Source: Heterodontus francisci (lineage: Eukaryota). From it: 64,000 nucleotides of DNA. The notes under the pieces are model-generated. The model made no database searches. It worked only from the letters and a program-made list of their open reading frames with translations, and was not told where the DNA came from. Location of the stretch: the NCBI RefSeq assembly GCF_036365525.1, contig NW_027140807.1:124001-188000 (forward strand), in the 5' to 3' direction. The translations under genes were made by a program, and so were the position numbers. Within the stretch, counting starts at the first letter, position 1. Every line of letters starts with the position of its first letter. Shown piece by piece: positions 51,231 through 62,848 of the stretch.

Positions 51231-52635
51231 GTGGAGTAACACTGGCACCTAGTGGCTCCAGGTGTAACTGCAAGCTCCGATTCTGCAGGCCATTCAGTGT
51301 CAGACCCTGAACCTCTTTCAGTCATGAGTTATATTCTCCTACTCGACTCGTGTTGGCGCTTGTGGCACAGAACTAGATGGAAGTTAATGCACAGATCGGC
51401 GCCATTCGGCCCGACGGTTCTCTGCTTCACTCCAGCCTCAACCAGTCAAATACATTTTGAAATGCAGTCACTGTTGTAATGCAGGGAAGGAGGCAGACAA
51501 GCTGCAAGTTCAAGTGCAGGGTTATTCAGAAAGAACAGGGAGTGGGAACAATTGGACAGGGAAGATGAAAACCAAGGATCATAAATGTAAGGTAGTCCTT
51601 AATAAATCCAACTGGGAATTCAGGAGGAGGTTCTTTTTCTCAGGGAGTGGAGATAATGTTGAATGGGCGACCAAATGCATTGGGTTGAGGTCGAATAGAG
51701 ACGATGCAGTTAAGGGGGAAGCTGAATAAATACATGAGTGAGAAAGTAATTGAAGAATCTGTTGATAGGGTAAGATAAAGAGAGATGGGAGGAGGTCGTC
51801 TTTCGAACAGCTAGGCCAGGATCGATGGGCTGAATACCCTGGATTTGTCCTGCATGATTCTATGATCCAATAAGACCCGTCAACCTGCTGCCTTGTTTCA
51901 GGGCCAAGACAGTTTCATTTCCCCCCTTGCGATCAACGGGAGTTAAAGGGTTAAGTTCTTCACCGCACTGAACTCCAGTCAATGTGAAAATTCTTCAAAA
52001 GACCCCGAGAGACTGAGAGACAAATGGGTTAACAGTTTTGAACAGATGCTGAAGCCGCCGTCTGGAGGCAGGTGTTCCAGTCAGAGACGGATCTGGAGAG
52101 GTTTTTCGCCTTTGCACTGTATGAATCATCAGGGACATGATTAAAGGTTCCAAGATCAACCATTTCCAATTTGTATGGACTTGTGTCCATTAGAGTAATG
52201 AGGATAAGGGGAGATTTGAAAGACGTGGTCAGAAGTGTCTTGATAGAGAAACAGTATCCAGAGGGTAGTATCTACTGTCAGGAGGGTCGATAAACCAGGG
52301 ACCAAGAATTGAAGGTCATTGGGAAAGGAACCAGAGTGGGAGATGAGTGGAATCTTTCTCCTCAGTGAATTGTTATCATGTGGAGGGCACTGACTGAAAG
52401 GGCGGTGGAAGACCATCCAATAGTAACTTCCAGATGTCAATTGGAGAAGTAGATGAAGGGGAGATTTATTAGTGCAATGGAGAACTAGTCAGTGAATGGG
52501 AACTAGTTAGACAACTCTGTCAAAGAGCCAGTTCATTCAAAAGTAGACATAGAAACTGACAGATAGTCAGAGTGATAGAATGACACCCCAGATAGACAGG
52601 TCTATCTCCCACAAGTGAGCTCTGTCAATGTTTAG

Positions 52636-52674
52636 AGTTTTTGCTGAACTCCGGCGCCTTTCTGAGTCACTGTG
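52636..52674 (-). other. 23-RSS of V10
   Basis: CACAGTG-23-GCAAAAACT. Confidence 0.95.
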
Positions 52675-53298
52675 CTGACTCCAGACACAGTAATACACGG
52701 CTGATTGATTCACCAACAGGCTGGAGGACTCCAGGTAAAAATGGGTGTTGTCGGGTCTCCTGGCGGTGAAACCGTCCACCTCACCGGAGGGAGTGACCGT
52801 TCCAGCACCGTAGGAATAGAAAAGGTTCTCGGGCTCACGGTCCAGATGCCATCGGTACCAGTAGAAAACAGAGCTAGCTATTGCTTCAGTGTAAGTACAC
52901 TCGATCCTGACTGGAGAGCCTGGGGAATGGGATATGGAAGAGGGAGTCTGTTGGATCAACACGGCCCCCACATCTGTAAAACAGAGAGGGAGGGAGAGAG
53001 AGTGAAAGAGAGAGATTAGCACAGGGAAACTGTCTATATCGTTATCAACAAGAAGAGGTAGAAGTGGGCAGACAGACAGAGAGAGAGAGAGAGAGAGAGC
53101 GGTGGGGACCAGATGGAGGCAGAGAGGCAGAGCGAGAGTGAATGAGAGACAGAGAAAGAAATACAGAGTGAGAAGGAGAGAGACAAAGACAGACAGAGAC
53201 TGAGAAGCAGACACATGTACATCATTGTAACCTCACAGTTCAGGCACCTCCTTACCCGTTAACACCAACAACACAACCCAGAGCTGAGACACAGCCAT
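52675..53298 (-). CDS. TRBV: TCR beta V gene V10 (WYRW subgroup); leader 53298-53256, V exon 52973-52675; functional
   Basis: Leader MAVSQLWVVLLVLT; ..RIEC..WYRWH..YYCVWSQ. Confidence 0.92.
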
Positions 53299-53916
53299 CT
53301 CTGGAGGGTGAAGGATCCGTGTGGTTTTATATGAAATGACTGAGAACTTTTATTGCAGAGTATCTCAAAGTTCTGGGCACTGACTGGAATTTGCAGCTTC
53401 TCTCTCCATCATCTTCAACATTTTCCTAGGCGGAGCCAAGCTTTCTATCTTTGCTCATGGGCTCACCGAGGACTCGTCATTTCTGGGGAGGGACCAATGT
53501 TTGAGCCCCAGCTCATCGGTTTCTGGGCCTGCAGTTCTGTTTCATGTCTTTGAAAGTTGCAGAAATGTGATGTAAACTATCTTCTGTGGTGGAGAGGTGA
53601 TTAAATGGGTGGGTGTGTTGGGATCATCAATACCTTCAGTACTCCCCTGATCATAACCACATTCATCCTGACACCATCCTCACACTCATCATTACCATCT
53701 GAGGCCACATTATCACCCTCGTCCCGACCGCCAGTATCTGTGTCAGCCTCACCCTCAGCAGCCTCATCACCATAAAGAGATTCTCACTCCATCATCATTA
53801 TCAAGCTTGCTCACTTCCAATTGTATCTGAATGTATTCAGTGATGGGATGTGTGCATTGCTGGAAGGGTCATTTCAGAAAAGCTGAGATGTTACAAGAGT
53901 AAATGTTCACTATCTT

Positions 53917-54400
53917 TGGGTGCAGAGGAGATTCACCAGGATGTTGCCTGGGATGGAGCATTTCAGCTATGAAGAGAGACTGAAAAGTCTGTGGTTGTTT
54001 TCCTCAGAGCAGAGAAGGCTGAGGGGTGACCTGAGTGAAGTGAACAAATTATGAAGGGCATTGATAGGTTAGAAAGGAAGAAACGTTTTCCTTTAGTGGA
54101 GGGGTCAATAACCAGGCGACATAGATTTAACGTAAGGGGCAGGAGGTTTAGAGGGGATTTGAGGAAAAACGTTTTCACCCAGAGGGTGGCTGAACTCTGA
54201 AACGGACTGCATGAAGAGGTGATAGAGGCAGGAACCCTCACAACATTTAAGAAGTATTCAGATCAGCACGTGAAACACCATAGCATACTAGACTACGGGC
54301 CAAGAGCTGGAAAATGGGATTAAAATAGTTAGGTGCTTGATGGCCAGCAGAGACACGATGGGACGAAGGGCCTGTTTCTGTGCTGTATAACTCGAAGACT
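53917..54400 (+). mobile_element. CR1 LINE 3' fragment
   Basis: gtgcagaggagattcaccaggatgttgcctggg ... ttcacccagagggtgg. Confidence 0.85.
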
Positions 54401-55169
54401 CTATTTCGTTCCATGAAGGTCATCATTGGGTTTTTCCAACACTCCATGTTCAGGATTGCTCATACTTTCCATGACAAATTATTTATTTATTTAATTAATT
54501 GAATTTAATTTCCATTTTGCCCTGGTGGGAATTGAACTCATGTCTGGGGATCATTATTCCAGGCCTCCGAATTACGGGTCCAGTAACATAAGTGCTCTGC
54601 TACCGTACCACCTTGCTGAATGGGAGTTAAAGGGTTAAATTGTTCACTGGTCTGAACTGCTCGTTTCTTTGAAGAACACATTAAATGTGACTCGAGTCTG
54701 AGAAGAAAGTGGGTAAACAGTTTTCAGCAGCTTCTGAATTCGCTGTTAGGAGGCAGGTGTCCCAGAGATGAATGTATCTGGAGAGGGGTCTCGTCTGTGA
54801 ACAATGTGAAACAGTGCTCAGATGGTTAAGGGTTCTGAGCTGAGTCAGTTCCTGTACATTGGGGAGTTGTTCGCCTCTGTGTAGTGAAGGTTAGAGAGAG
54901 ATTAACCAGACTGGTATCAGGGATGAGGGACTTCAGTTACTGTGGAGAGACTGGAGAAGCTGAGGGTTTCTCTTAGAGCAGAGAAGGTTAATGGTAGATG
55001 AGATACAGATATTGAAGATCATAGAGGATTTTGATAGATAATTGATGACAAACCACATCATCAACTGGTCAATATATCGAAAATCTATGAAAAGGTGGTA
55101 ATTCATTACATTACTGCAACATGTTTAATTAGGTCATACAAACTGTAAGCACCTAAAGATAGATTTAGA

Positions 55170-57190
55170 CAGATAGAGAGACAGAGAAATAGATAACCAG
55201 GTATAGAGATAGATAGATAGAGAGACAGAGTGATAGATAACCAGTTAGAAAGATATACAGATAGAGAGACAGAGTGATAGATAACCAGTTAGAGAGATAT
55301 ATAGATAGAGAGACAGAGAGATAGATAACCAGTTAGAGAGATATATAGATAGAGAGACAGAGAGATAGGTAACCAGGTAGAGAGACATATAGATAGAGAG
55401 ACAGAGTGATAGATAACCAGTTAGAGAGATATACAGATAGAGAGACAGAGAGATAGATAACCAGTTAGCGAGATATATAGATAGAGAGACAGAGAGATAG
55501 ATAACCAGTTAGCGAGATATATAGATAGAGAGACAGAGAGATAGGTAACCAGGTATAGAGATAGATAGATAGAGAGACAGAGTGATAGATAACCAGTTAG
55601 AGAGATATACAGATAGAGAGACAGAGAGATAGATAACCAGTTAGAGAGATATATAGATAGAGAGACAGAGAGATAGATAACCAGTTAGAGAGATATACAG
55701 ATAGAGAGACAGAGAGATAGATAACCAGTTAGCGAGATATATAGATAGAGAGACAGAGAGATAGATAACCAGTTAGAGAGATATATAGATAGAGAGACAG
55801 AGAGATAGATAACCAGTTAGAGAGATATATAGATAGAGAGACAGAGAGATAGGTAACCAGGTAGAGAGATATATAGATAGAGAGACAGAGAGATAGGTAA
55901 CCAGTTAGAGAGATATATAGATAGAGAGACAGAGTGATAGATAACCAGTTAGAGAGATATATAGATAGAGAGACAGAGAGATAGATAACCAGTTAGCGAG
56001 ATATATAGATAGAGAGACAGAGAGATAGGTAACCAGGTATAGAGATAGATAGATAGAGAGACAGAGAGATAGATAACCAGTTAGAGAGATATACAGATAG
56101 AGAGACAGAGAGATAGATAACCAGTTAGCGAGATATATAGATAGAGAGACAGAGAGATAGGTAACCAGGTATAGAGATAGATAGATAGAGAGACAGAGAG
56201 ATAGATAACCAGTTAGAGAGATATACAGATAGAGAGACAGAGAGATAGATAACCAGTTAGCGAGATATATAGATAGAGAGACAGAGAGATAGGTAACCAG
56301 GTAGAGAGATATATAGATAGAGAGACAGAGTGATAGATAACCAGGTATAGAGATAGATAGATAGAGAGACAGAGTGATAGATAACCAGTTAGAGAGATAT
56401 ACAGATAGAGAGACAGAGAGATAGATAACCAGTTAGCGAGATATATAGATAGAGAGACAGAGAGATAGGTAACCAGGTAGAGAGATATATAGATAGAGAG
56501 ACAGAGAGATAGATAACCAGTTAGAGAGATATACAGATAGAGAGACAGAGAGATAGATAACCAGTTAGCGAGATATATAGATAGAGAGACAGAGAGATAG
56601 ATAACCAGTTAGAGAGATATATAGATAGAGAGACAGAGAGATAGGTAACCAGGTAGAGAGATATATAGATAGAGAGACAGAGAGATAGATAACCAGTTAG
56701 AGAGATATATAGATAGAGAGACAGAGTGATAGATAACCAGGTAGAGAGATATATAGATAGAGAGACAGAGAGATAGATAACCAGTTAGAGAGATATATAG
56801 ATAGAGAGACAGAGAGATAGATAACCAGTTAGAGAGATATATAGATAGAGAGACAGAGAGATAGATAACCAGTTAGAGAGATATATAGATAGAGAGACAG
56901 AGAGATAGGTAACCAGGTAGAGAGATATATAGATCGAGAGACAGAGTGATAGATAACCAGGTAGAGAGATATATAGATAGAGAGACAGAGAGATAGATAA
57001 CCAGTTAGAGAGATATATAGATAGAGAGACAGAGAGATAGATAACCAGTTAGAGAGATATATAGATAGAGAGACAGAGAGATAGATAACCAGGTAAGAGA
57101 TAGATAGATCGAGAGACAGAGTGATAGATAACCAGTTAGAGAGATATATAGATAGAGAGACAGAGAGATAGATAACCAGTTAGAGAGATG
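55170..57190. repeat. 44-nt minisatellite, about 46 copies
   Basis: Unit agagacagagagatagataaccagttagagagatatatagatag. Confidence 0.95.
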
Positions 57191-58133
57191 GATAGATAGA
57201 GAGACAGTCAGGTAGACAGGTAGATACAGAGAGAGAGAGGTAGATCGAGGGAAAGTCAGATAGGTAGAGAAATAGCAAGCTGGATAGAGAGACAGTCAGG
57301 TAGACAGATAGATATAGAGAGAGGTTGAGAAATAGAGAGATAGAGGGAAATTCAGAGAGGTAGAGAAATAACGAGCCAGACAGAGAGACAGTCACTGCCC
57401 CTGTAAAAGACAGGGATGTTAATTGGCATTCTCTCATTTTACACCAGCTTGGTAACTAGAATGAGGTAGAGGGATGGAGGGAGAGGGAAAGAGAGGGAGG
57501 GAGAGAGAGGAATGGAGGGAGACTGTTGGAGAGAGGGAGAGAGAGAGATGGAGAGAGGGAGAGAGAGGGATGGAGAGAGGGAGCGACAGGAGGTTATTGA
57601 TCAGTCATGATCTCCTTGAAGGGCGGTGTGTTTCCGAGGTGATGAATGTTCTCCTTGTGTTCCCAGGTCACTGTTAAAGTGTGTTCCAGACTCTGATGTT
57701 TATCATGGTTCTACAGCGCACTCCGCTGTCACTTTGGAGAAAAAAAACACAGTGACATAAAACGACAACGTATGTATCTATCTCTCTATCTATCGATCTC
57801 TCTATCTATCTGTATTTATCTGATCTTCATTTCACATATTAAAATCTTTAATAATCTCTCTAAGAACGCTGAATGTTTACCCTTCAGTTTCTCCTTTCTG
57901 GAGCAAAGATCCCCTGATGTTCAAACTATCTTGATAACTTTAACCTCTGTGTTCTGATATCATTCCTGTGAAGTCGATTTCACAATTCTCCTGTGTTTCC
58001 ATATCTAACCTGTTACTTTCTATTGAAATCCGCCTGTCTTCTTGTGAAAAACATGTTCCCAATGATAAAAACACCCAACAGGATGCAGCACCGCCTGATT
58101 TTATCCGAAACAGCTATTTCCTGCTGCCTTTGG

Positions 58134-58172
58134 GGTTTTTGTTGAACTGCACCATCTCTCTGAGTCAGTCTG
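58134..58172 (-). other. Defective 23-RSS of V11
   Basis: CAGACTG-23-ACAAAAACC; the invariant CAC is lost. Confidence 0.9.
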
Positions 58173-58624
58173 AAGACTCCAGGCACAGAAATACACGGCC
58201 GAGTGATTCTCCCGAAGGCTGGAGGACTCCAGGTTGAACTGGGAATCAGTCTGTCTCTCGGTGGTGAAACCATCCACCGTCCCCTCTGGATCCACATAGT
58301 TAGCAGTATTGGAGTAAAACATCAACAGCGGCTCCTTCCCCGGGTATTGTCTGTACCAGTACATGTTGAGGTTACTGCTGCTCCCCTCCACAGTGCGCAT
58401 CAGTTCCACTCCTTTCCCGGGAAATCTGGAGACAGCGGCGGGAATCTGGTGGATAGTCTGTGAGTTCACATCTGGGAGAGAGATGGAGAGAGGAGGAGAT
58501 CAGTAAACAGGGAATTTCTGGGAATGAAAGAAAGACAGGGAGAGGAGAGGAAGGTTCTGAATGATAATCTTTGTATTTGGCACTTACGGTGAACCAGGAT
58601 TATCAGAGCCAGGAACAGATACAT
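58173..58624 (-). pseudogene. TRBV: TCR beta V11 (V1 subgroup), open frame but non-functional; leader 58624-58588, V exon 58471-58173
   Basis: Cys23 changed to Arg (ELMRTVEG versus ELRCTLEG in V1) and a mutated heptamer; splice sites intact. Confidence 0.88.
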
Positions 58625-59494
58625 CTCCCACTTGACACTGCCCTGTCAAACAGCAAAGGCAGTGGAACAGATGAGATCAGTTCTGTGGCTAACCAATCCG
58701 CTCCTGACAAATCATTGAGTAAGACATGAAGGGCATGCAGACGTGATGCAGTGTTGGACACTCCCCCTTCCACCACCCAACCAATCAGAATGGACGTGGT
58801 TGCTTATGATGGCTGAGTGATTGGATTAAGTGTTGTTAACATCCTCAACAAGGGTGTCTGTTGTTCAGTTCCTAACTTATTGATTAGAAATCTCCAACTG
58901 TTCATATCCAGATTCCAAATGAACCTCATCGGCATTCCCAAATTAGCCACATGTAGATTCCCAATGATAGACATCTGGATTCCAAATGATCTGCTCCTGT
59001 GGAGGATGTATTCGTGTGTTGCTAATTTAACTAGACTCCTCATCCACAGCCTCAGCTAGTGTTTTTGTAACGTGAGGGTGAATCCCACCAATACAGATCA
59101 TGAAATTGCAGCAATCCATTTAGTTCACTGATGTCCATTAGGGATGGAAATCTGCCTCCTTCACCTGGTCTGGCCTACTTGTGACTCCAGATCCACACAT
59201 TGTGGTTGACTCTTAAAAGCCCTCTGCAATGACCTAGCAAGTCATCCAGTTCAAGGGCTATTAGGAATGGGCAATAAATGCTGGCCTAGCCGGCGAGGCC
59301 CACATCTCATGAACGAATTAAGAAAAACAGGCCGATGTTGATGCACAAATAGTCAGCTGGGAGTCCTGGCAATCATTTCCTGCAACACTGGCCCAAGGGA
59401 AGTAGGTTCAACAATATATGGGTCACACTGGGCTGCTGATCTATTCGACAGCTTGGTCTGTGCTCATTACTGGGCCCATAACCATCAGGGTGGC

Positions 59495-59718
59495 TCAAAT
59501 CTACTGCTGCCACCTGCTGGCGGAAAATGAGCACTGAGATTCAATCTACTGCTGCCACCTGCTGGCGACAAATGAGCACTGATATTCAATCTACTGCTGC
59601 CACCTGCTGGCGACAAATGAGCACTGAGATTCATTCTCTGCTGCCCCCTGCCGGGGGAGGATGAGCACAGAGATTCAATCTACTGCTGCCCCCTGTCGGT
59701 GGAAGATGAGCACTGAAC
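59495..59718 (-). promoter_or_regulatory. 5 x about 45-bp tandem repeat, each unit with a CTCF consensus
   Basis: Minus-strand cores CCAGCAGGTGGCAGC (three times), CCGGCAGGGGGCAGC and CCGACAGGGGGCAGC. Confidence 0.72.
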
Positions 59719-59736
59719 TCCCGTTCATCCGCTGCA

Positions 59737-59775
59737 GGTTTTTGCAGCTGCGGATCCGCTTTCTCAAACACTGTG
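59737..59775 (-). other. 23-RSS of V12
   Basis: CACAGTG-23-GCAAAAACC. Confidence 0.95.
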
Positions 59776-60541
59776 CGATACTGCAAGCGCAGAAATAGAC
59801 AGCAGTGTGAGATGGAGTGGCGTCTCTCAGTGCCAAAGTAAACAGTGTATTGCTGGCTCTGTCTGCCTTAAATGACTCGGACGTGTAATTGGTAACAGAC
59901 CCTTCTGTAGCAGAAAAGAACAGAGCTTCCAGTGCCCTGTCTGGTTGTTGTCTGTACCAGTACATTCTTGTGTAGCCAGTATTAATCAGCGTGCATCTGA
60001 GTGTTGTCGACTCTCCTGCAGCAATAGATAGGATCGAGGGGGACTGTTCCACATAGGAGGAGAGTATTCCTGTGGAATGGAACATCGATTAGATTATTAT
60101 TTCTGTCAATAATGGATTGGAGCAGGAGCTGCATTGCAATAAAGAAAGGGCTTACATTAATATAGCGCCGTTCAGGACCTCAGGACATCATAAAGGGCTT
60201 TGCAACCAATGTAGTTACTCCCTCAGTACTGTCTCTGCGACAGTGCAGCACTCCCTCAGGACTGCCGCTGCGACAGTGCAGCACACCCTCAGTACTGCCG
60301 CTGCGACAGTGCAGCACTCCCTCAGTACTGCCTCTGTGACAGCGCAACACTCCCTCAGTCCTGACACCTGGGGTGTTAGCCTTGACTTTGAGCTCAATGT
60401 TCTGTAGTGAGACTCAGACACAGGAGTGTTACGGAACAGAATCACCGCTGACATGACAATACATTATTCTACAGTTTGAGACTTTGACTTACGTGGGAAA
60501 GGTGCAGCCATCAAGATTAGAGACAGAACTTCAAGCAACAT
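59776..60541 (-). CDS. TRBV: TCR beta V gene V12 (CxCS subgroup); leader 60541-60493, V exon 60069-59776; functional
   Basis: Leader MLLEVLSLILMAAPFP|gtaagt; YVEQSP..TLRC..MYWYRQ..AVYFCACSI. Confidence 0.9.
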
Positions 60542-61876
60542 GATTTCTTCATTCGATACTAACTCGATGTGTGAACGTGTGGAGTTTTCAACAACACACT
60601 TGCAGGTTGTTTCTATACTGTGTTCAATCAAATACCCAGCATCCGGTTGTTATTGTGATTGACAGTCACTTACTGCATACTCTGCTCCACCCCATTACTT
60701 TGCATAGCAATGTTGTTGAATGATACAACACAGGAGGATAGGGGGAGATTGAATAGAGGTGTTCACATTTCAGAAAGGGATTTGATCGAGTAGAATTCAG
60801 GGAAGCAACCCTCTACACCCAGAGAATGTGCCCATCCCTTATTGCCTCTGAGAAGGTGATGGTGAACCATCTTCGGGAATACCTGCTGGGCAGTTAATAG
60901 TCAACCACATTGCTGTGGGTCTGCAGTCACATATAGGCCAGACCGGGTAGGAATGGCGGATTTCCTTCCCTGAAGGTAATCAATGAAGACGTTGGGTTTT
61001 TAAGTCACTCCATGTTCAGGATTACTCATACTTTCCATGACAAATTTTTATTTATTTAATTAATTGAATTTAAATTGCATTTCTGCCCCGGTGGAAATTG
61101 AACTCAAGTCTGGGGATCATTAGTCCAGGCCTCTGGATTACTAGCCCAGTCACATAACTGCCCTGCTGCCAAACCTCCGTGGTGAATGGGAGTTCAATGG
61201 TTAAATTGTTCACTGGTCTGAACTGCTAGTTTCTTTGAAGAACACATTAAATGTGACTCGAGTCTGAGGTGAAAGTGGGTAAAGAGTTTTCAGCAGCTTC
61301 TGAACTCGCTGTCAGGAGGCAGGTGCCCCAGAGATGAAGTTATCTGGAGAGGGGTTTCGCCTTTGAACAGTGTGAAACAGCGCTCAGATGGTTCAGGGTT
61401 CTGAGCTGAGTTAGTTTCTGTGCATTGGGGAGTTGTTCACCTCTGTTTAGTGAAGGTTAGAGGGAGATTAACAAGACTGGTACCAGGGATGAGGGACTTC
61501 ACTTACTGTGGAGAGACTGGAGAAGCTGGGGGTTTCTCTCCTTGGAGCAGAGAAGGTTAATGGTAGATGTGATACAGATATTGAAGATCATAGAGGATTT
61601 TGATAGATAATTGATAACACATCACATCATCTACTGGTCAATATATAGAAAATCTATGCAAAGATGGTCATTCATTACATTACTGCAGTATGTTTAATTA
61701 GTTCATACAAACTGTAATCACCTAAAGATATAGTTAGATAGTTACAGAGACAGAGAGATAGGTAACCAGGTAGAGAGGTAGATAGATAGAGAGACAGAGA
61801 GATAGATAACCAGGTAGAGAGATAGATAGATGGAGAGACAGACAGGCAGGTAGACAGATAGTTATGAACTCTGACA

Positions 61877-61966
61877 TTCAATCTACTGCTGCCCCCTGCT
61901 GGTGGAAAATGAGCAGTGAGACTCAAACCACTGCTGCCACCTGCCGGCGGATGATGAGCACTGAAA
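61877..61966 (-). promoter_or_regulatory. 2 x 45-bp tandem repeat with CTCF consensus
   Basis: Minus-strand cores CCGGCAGGTGGCAGC and CCAGCAGGGGGCAGC. Confidence 0.68.
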
Positions 61967-61984
61967 TCCCGTTCATCTGCTGCA

Positions 61985-62023
61985 GGTTGATGCAGCTGCG
62001 GATCCGCTTTCTCAAACACTGCG
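61985..62023 (-). other. Defective 23-RSS of V13
   Basis: A 2-nt deletion relative to V12 gives the heptamer CGCAGTG; the nonamer is GCATCAACC. Confidence 0.88.
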
Positions 62024-62848
62024 ATACTGCAAGTGCAGAAATAGACAGCGGTGTGAGATGCAGCAGCGTTTCTCAGTGCCAAAGAAAACAGTGTATCGCT
62101 GAATCTGACTGCCATAAATGACTCGGATGTGTAATTGGTAACAGTCACTTCTGTTGCAGAATTGAACAGAGCTTCCAGTGCCCTGTCTGGTTGTTGTCTG
62201 TACCAGTACATTAAGGTCCAGCCAGTATTGGTCAGCGTGCATCTGAGTGTTGTCGACTCTCCTTCTGCAATCGATAGGATCGAGGGTGACTGTTCCACAG
62301 AAGAGGCGAGTATTCCTGTGGAATGGAACATCGATTAAATTATTATTTCAGTGAATAGCGGATTAGAGGAGGGACTGCATTGCAAGAAAGAAAGGGCTTA
62401 CATTAACATAGCGCCGTTCAGGACCTCAGAAAGGGCTTTGCAACCAATGTAGTTACTCAATCAGTACTGCCTCTGCGACAGTGCAGCACGCCCTCAGTAC
62501 AGCCTCTGCGACAGTGCAGCACTCCCTCAGTACTGCCGGTGCTACATTGCAGCACTACCTCAGTACTGCCTCTGCGACAGTGCAGCACTACCTCAGTACT
62601 GCCTCTGTGACAGTGCAGCACTTCTCCAGTACTGCCTCTGCGACAGTGCAGCACTCCCTCAGTCATGCCACCCGGGGTGTTCAGCCTTGATTTTGAGCTG
62701 AAGTGTTCTGGAGTGAGACTCTGACACAGGATTGTTCCGGACAGAATCACCGCTAACATTACAGTACGTTATTCGACACAGTTTCTGACTTTGACTTACG
62801 TGGGAAGAATGCAGCCATCAAGATTAGACAGAGAACTTCATGCAACAT
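62024..62848 (-). pseudogene. TRBV: TCR beta V13 (CxCS subgroup), coding-intact ORF with a defective RSS; leader 62848-62800, V exon 62315-62024
   Basis: Leader MLHEVLCLILMAAFFP; Cys23, Trp41 and Cys104 intact (YFCTCSI); heptamer and nonamer both damaged. Confidence 0.85.
62461..62662. repeat. 33-nt VNTR in the leader intron (about 6 copies; about 4 at 60224-60360; about 1 at 50430-50465)
   Basis: Unit cagtactgcctctgcgacagtgcagcactccct. Confidence 0.88.

Noticed and set aside
17113-62848. IgH, IgNAR, NAR-TCR or TCR delta identity
   Set aside because: No V-D-J-C cluster layout, no octamer promoters noticed, no nearby D segments, and all V genes have leaders. Motifs such as IHQWP, YEEGFKSGF, CAAS and CAWS fit TCR beta best, but C-beta is not in the window to confirm this.
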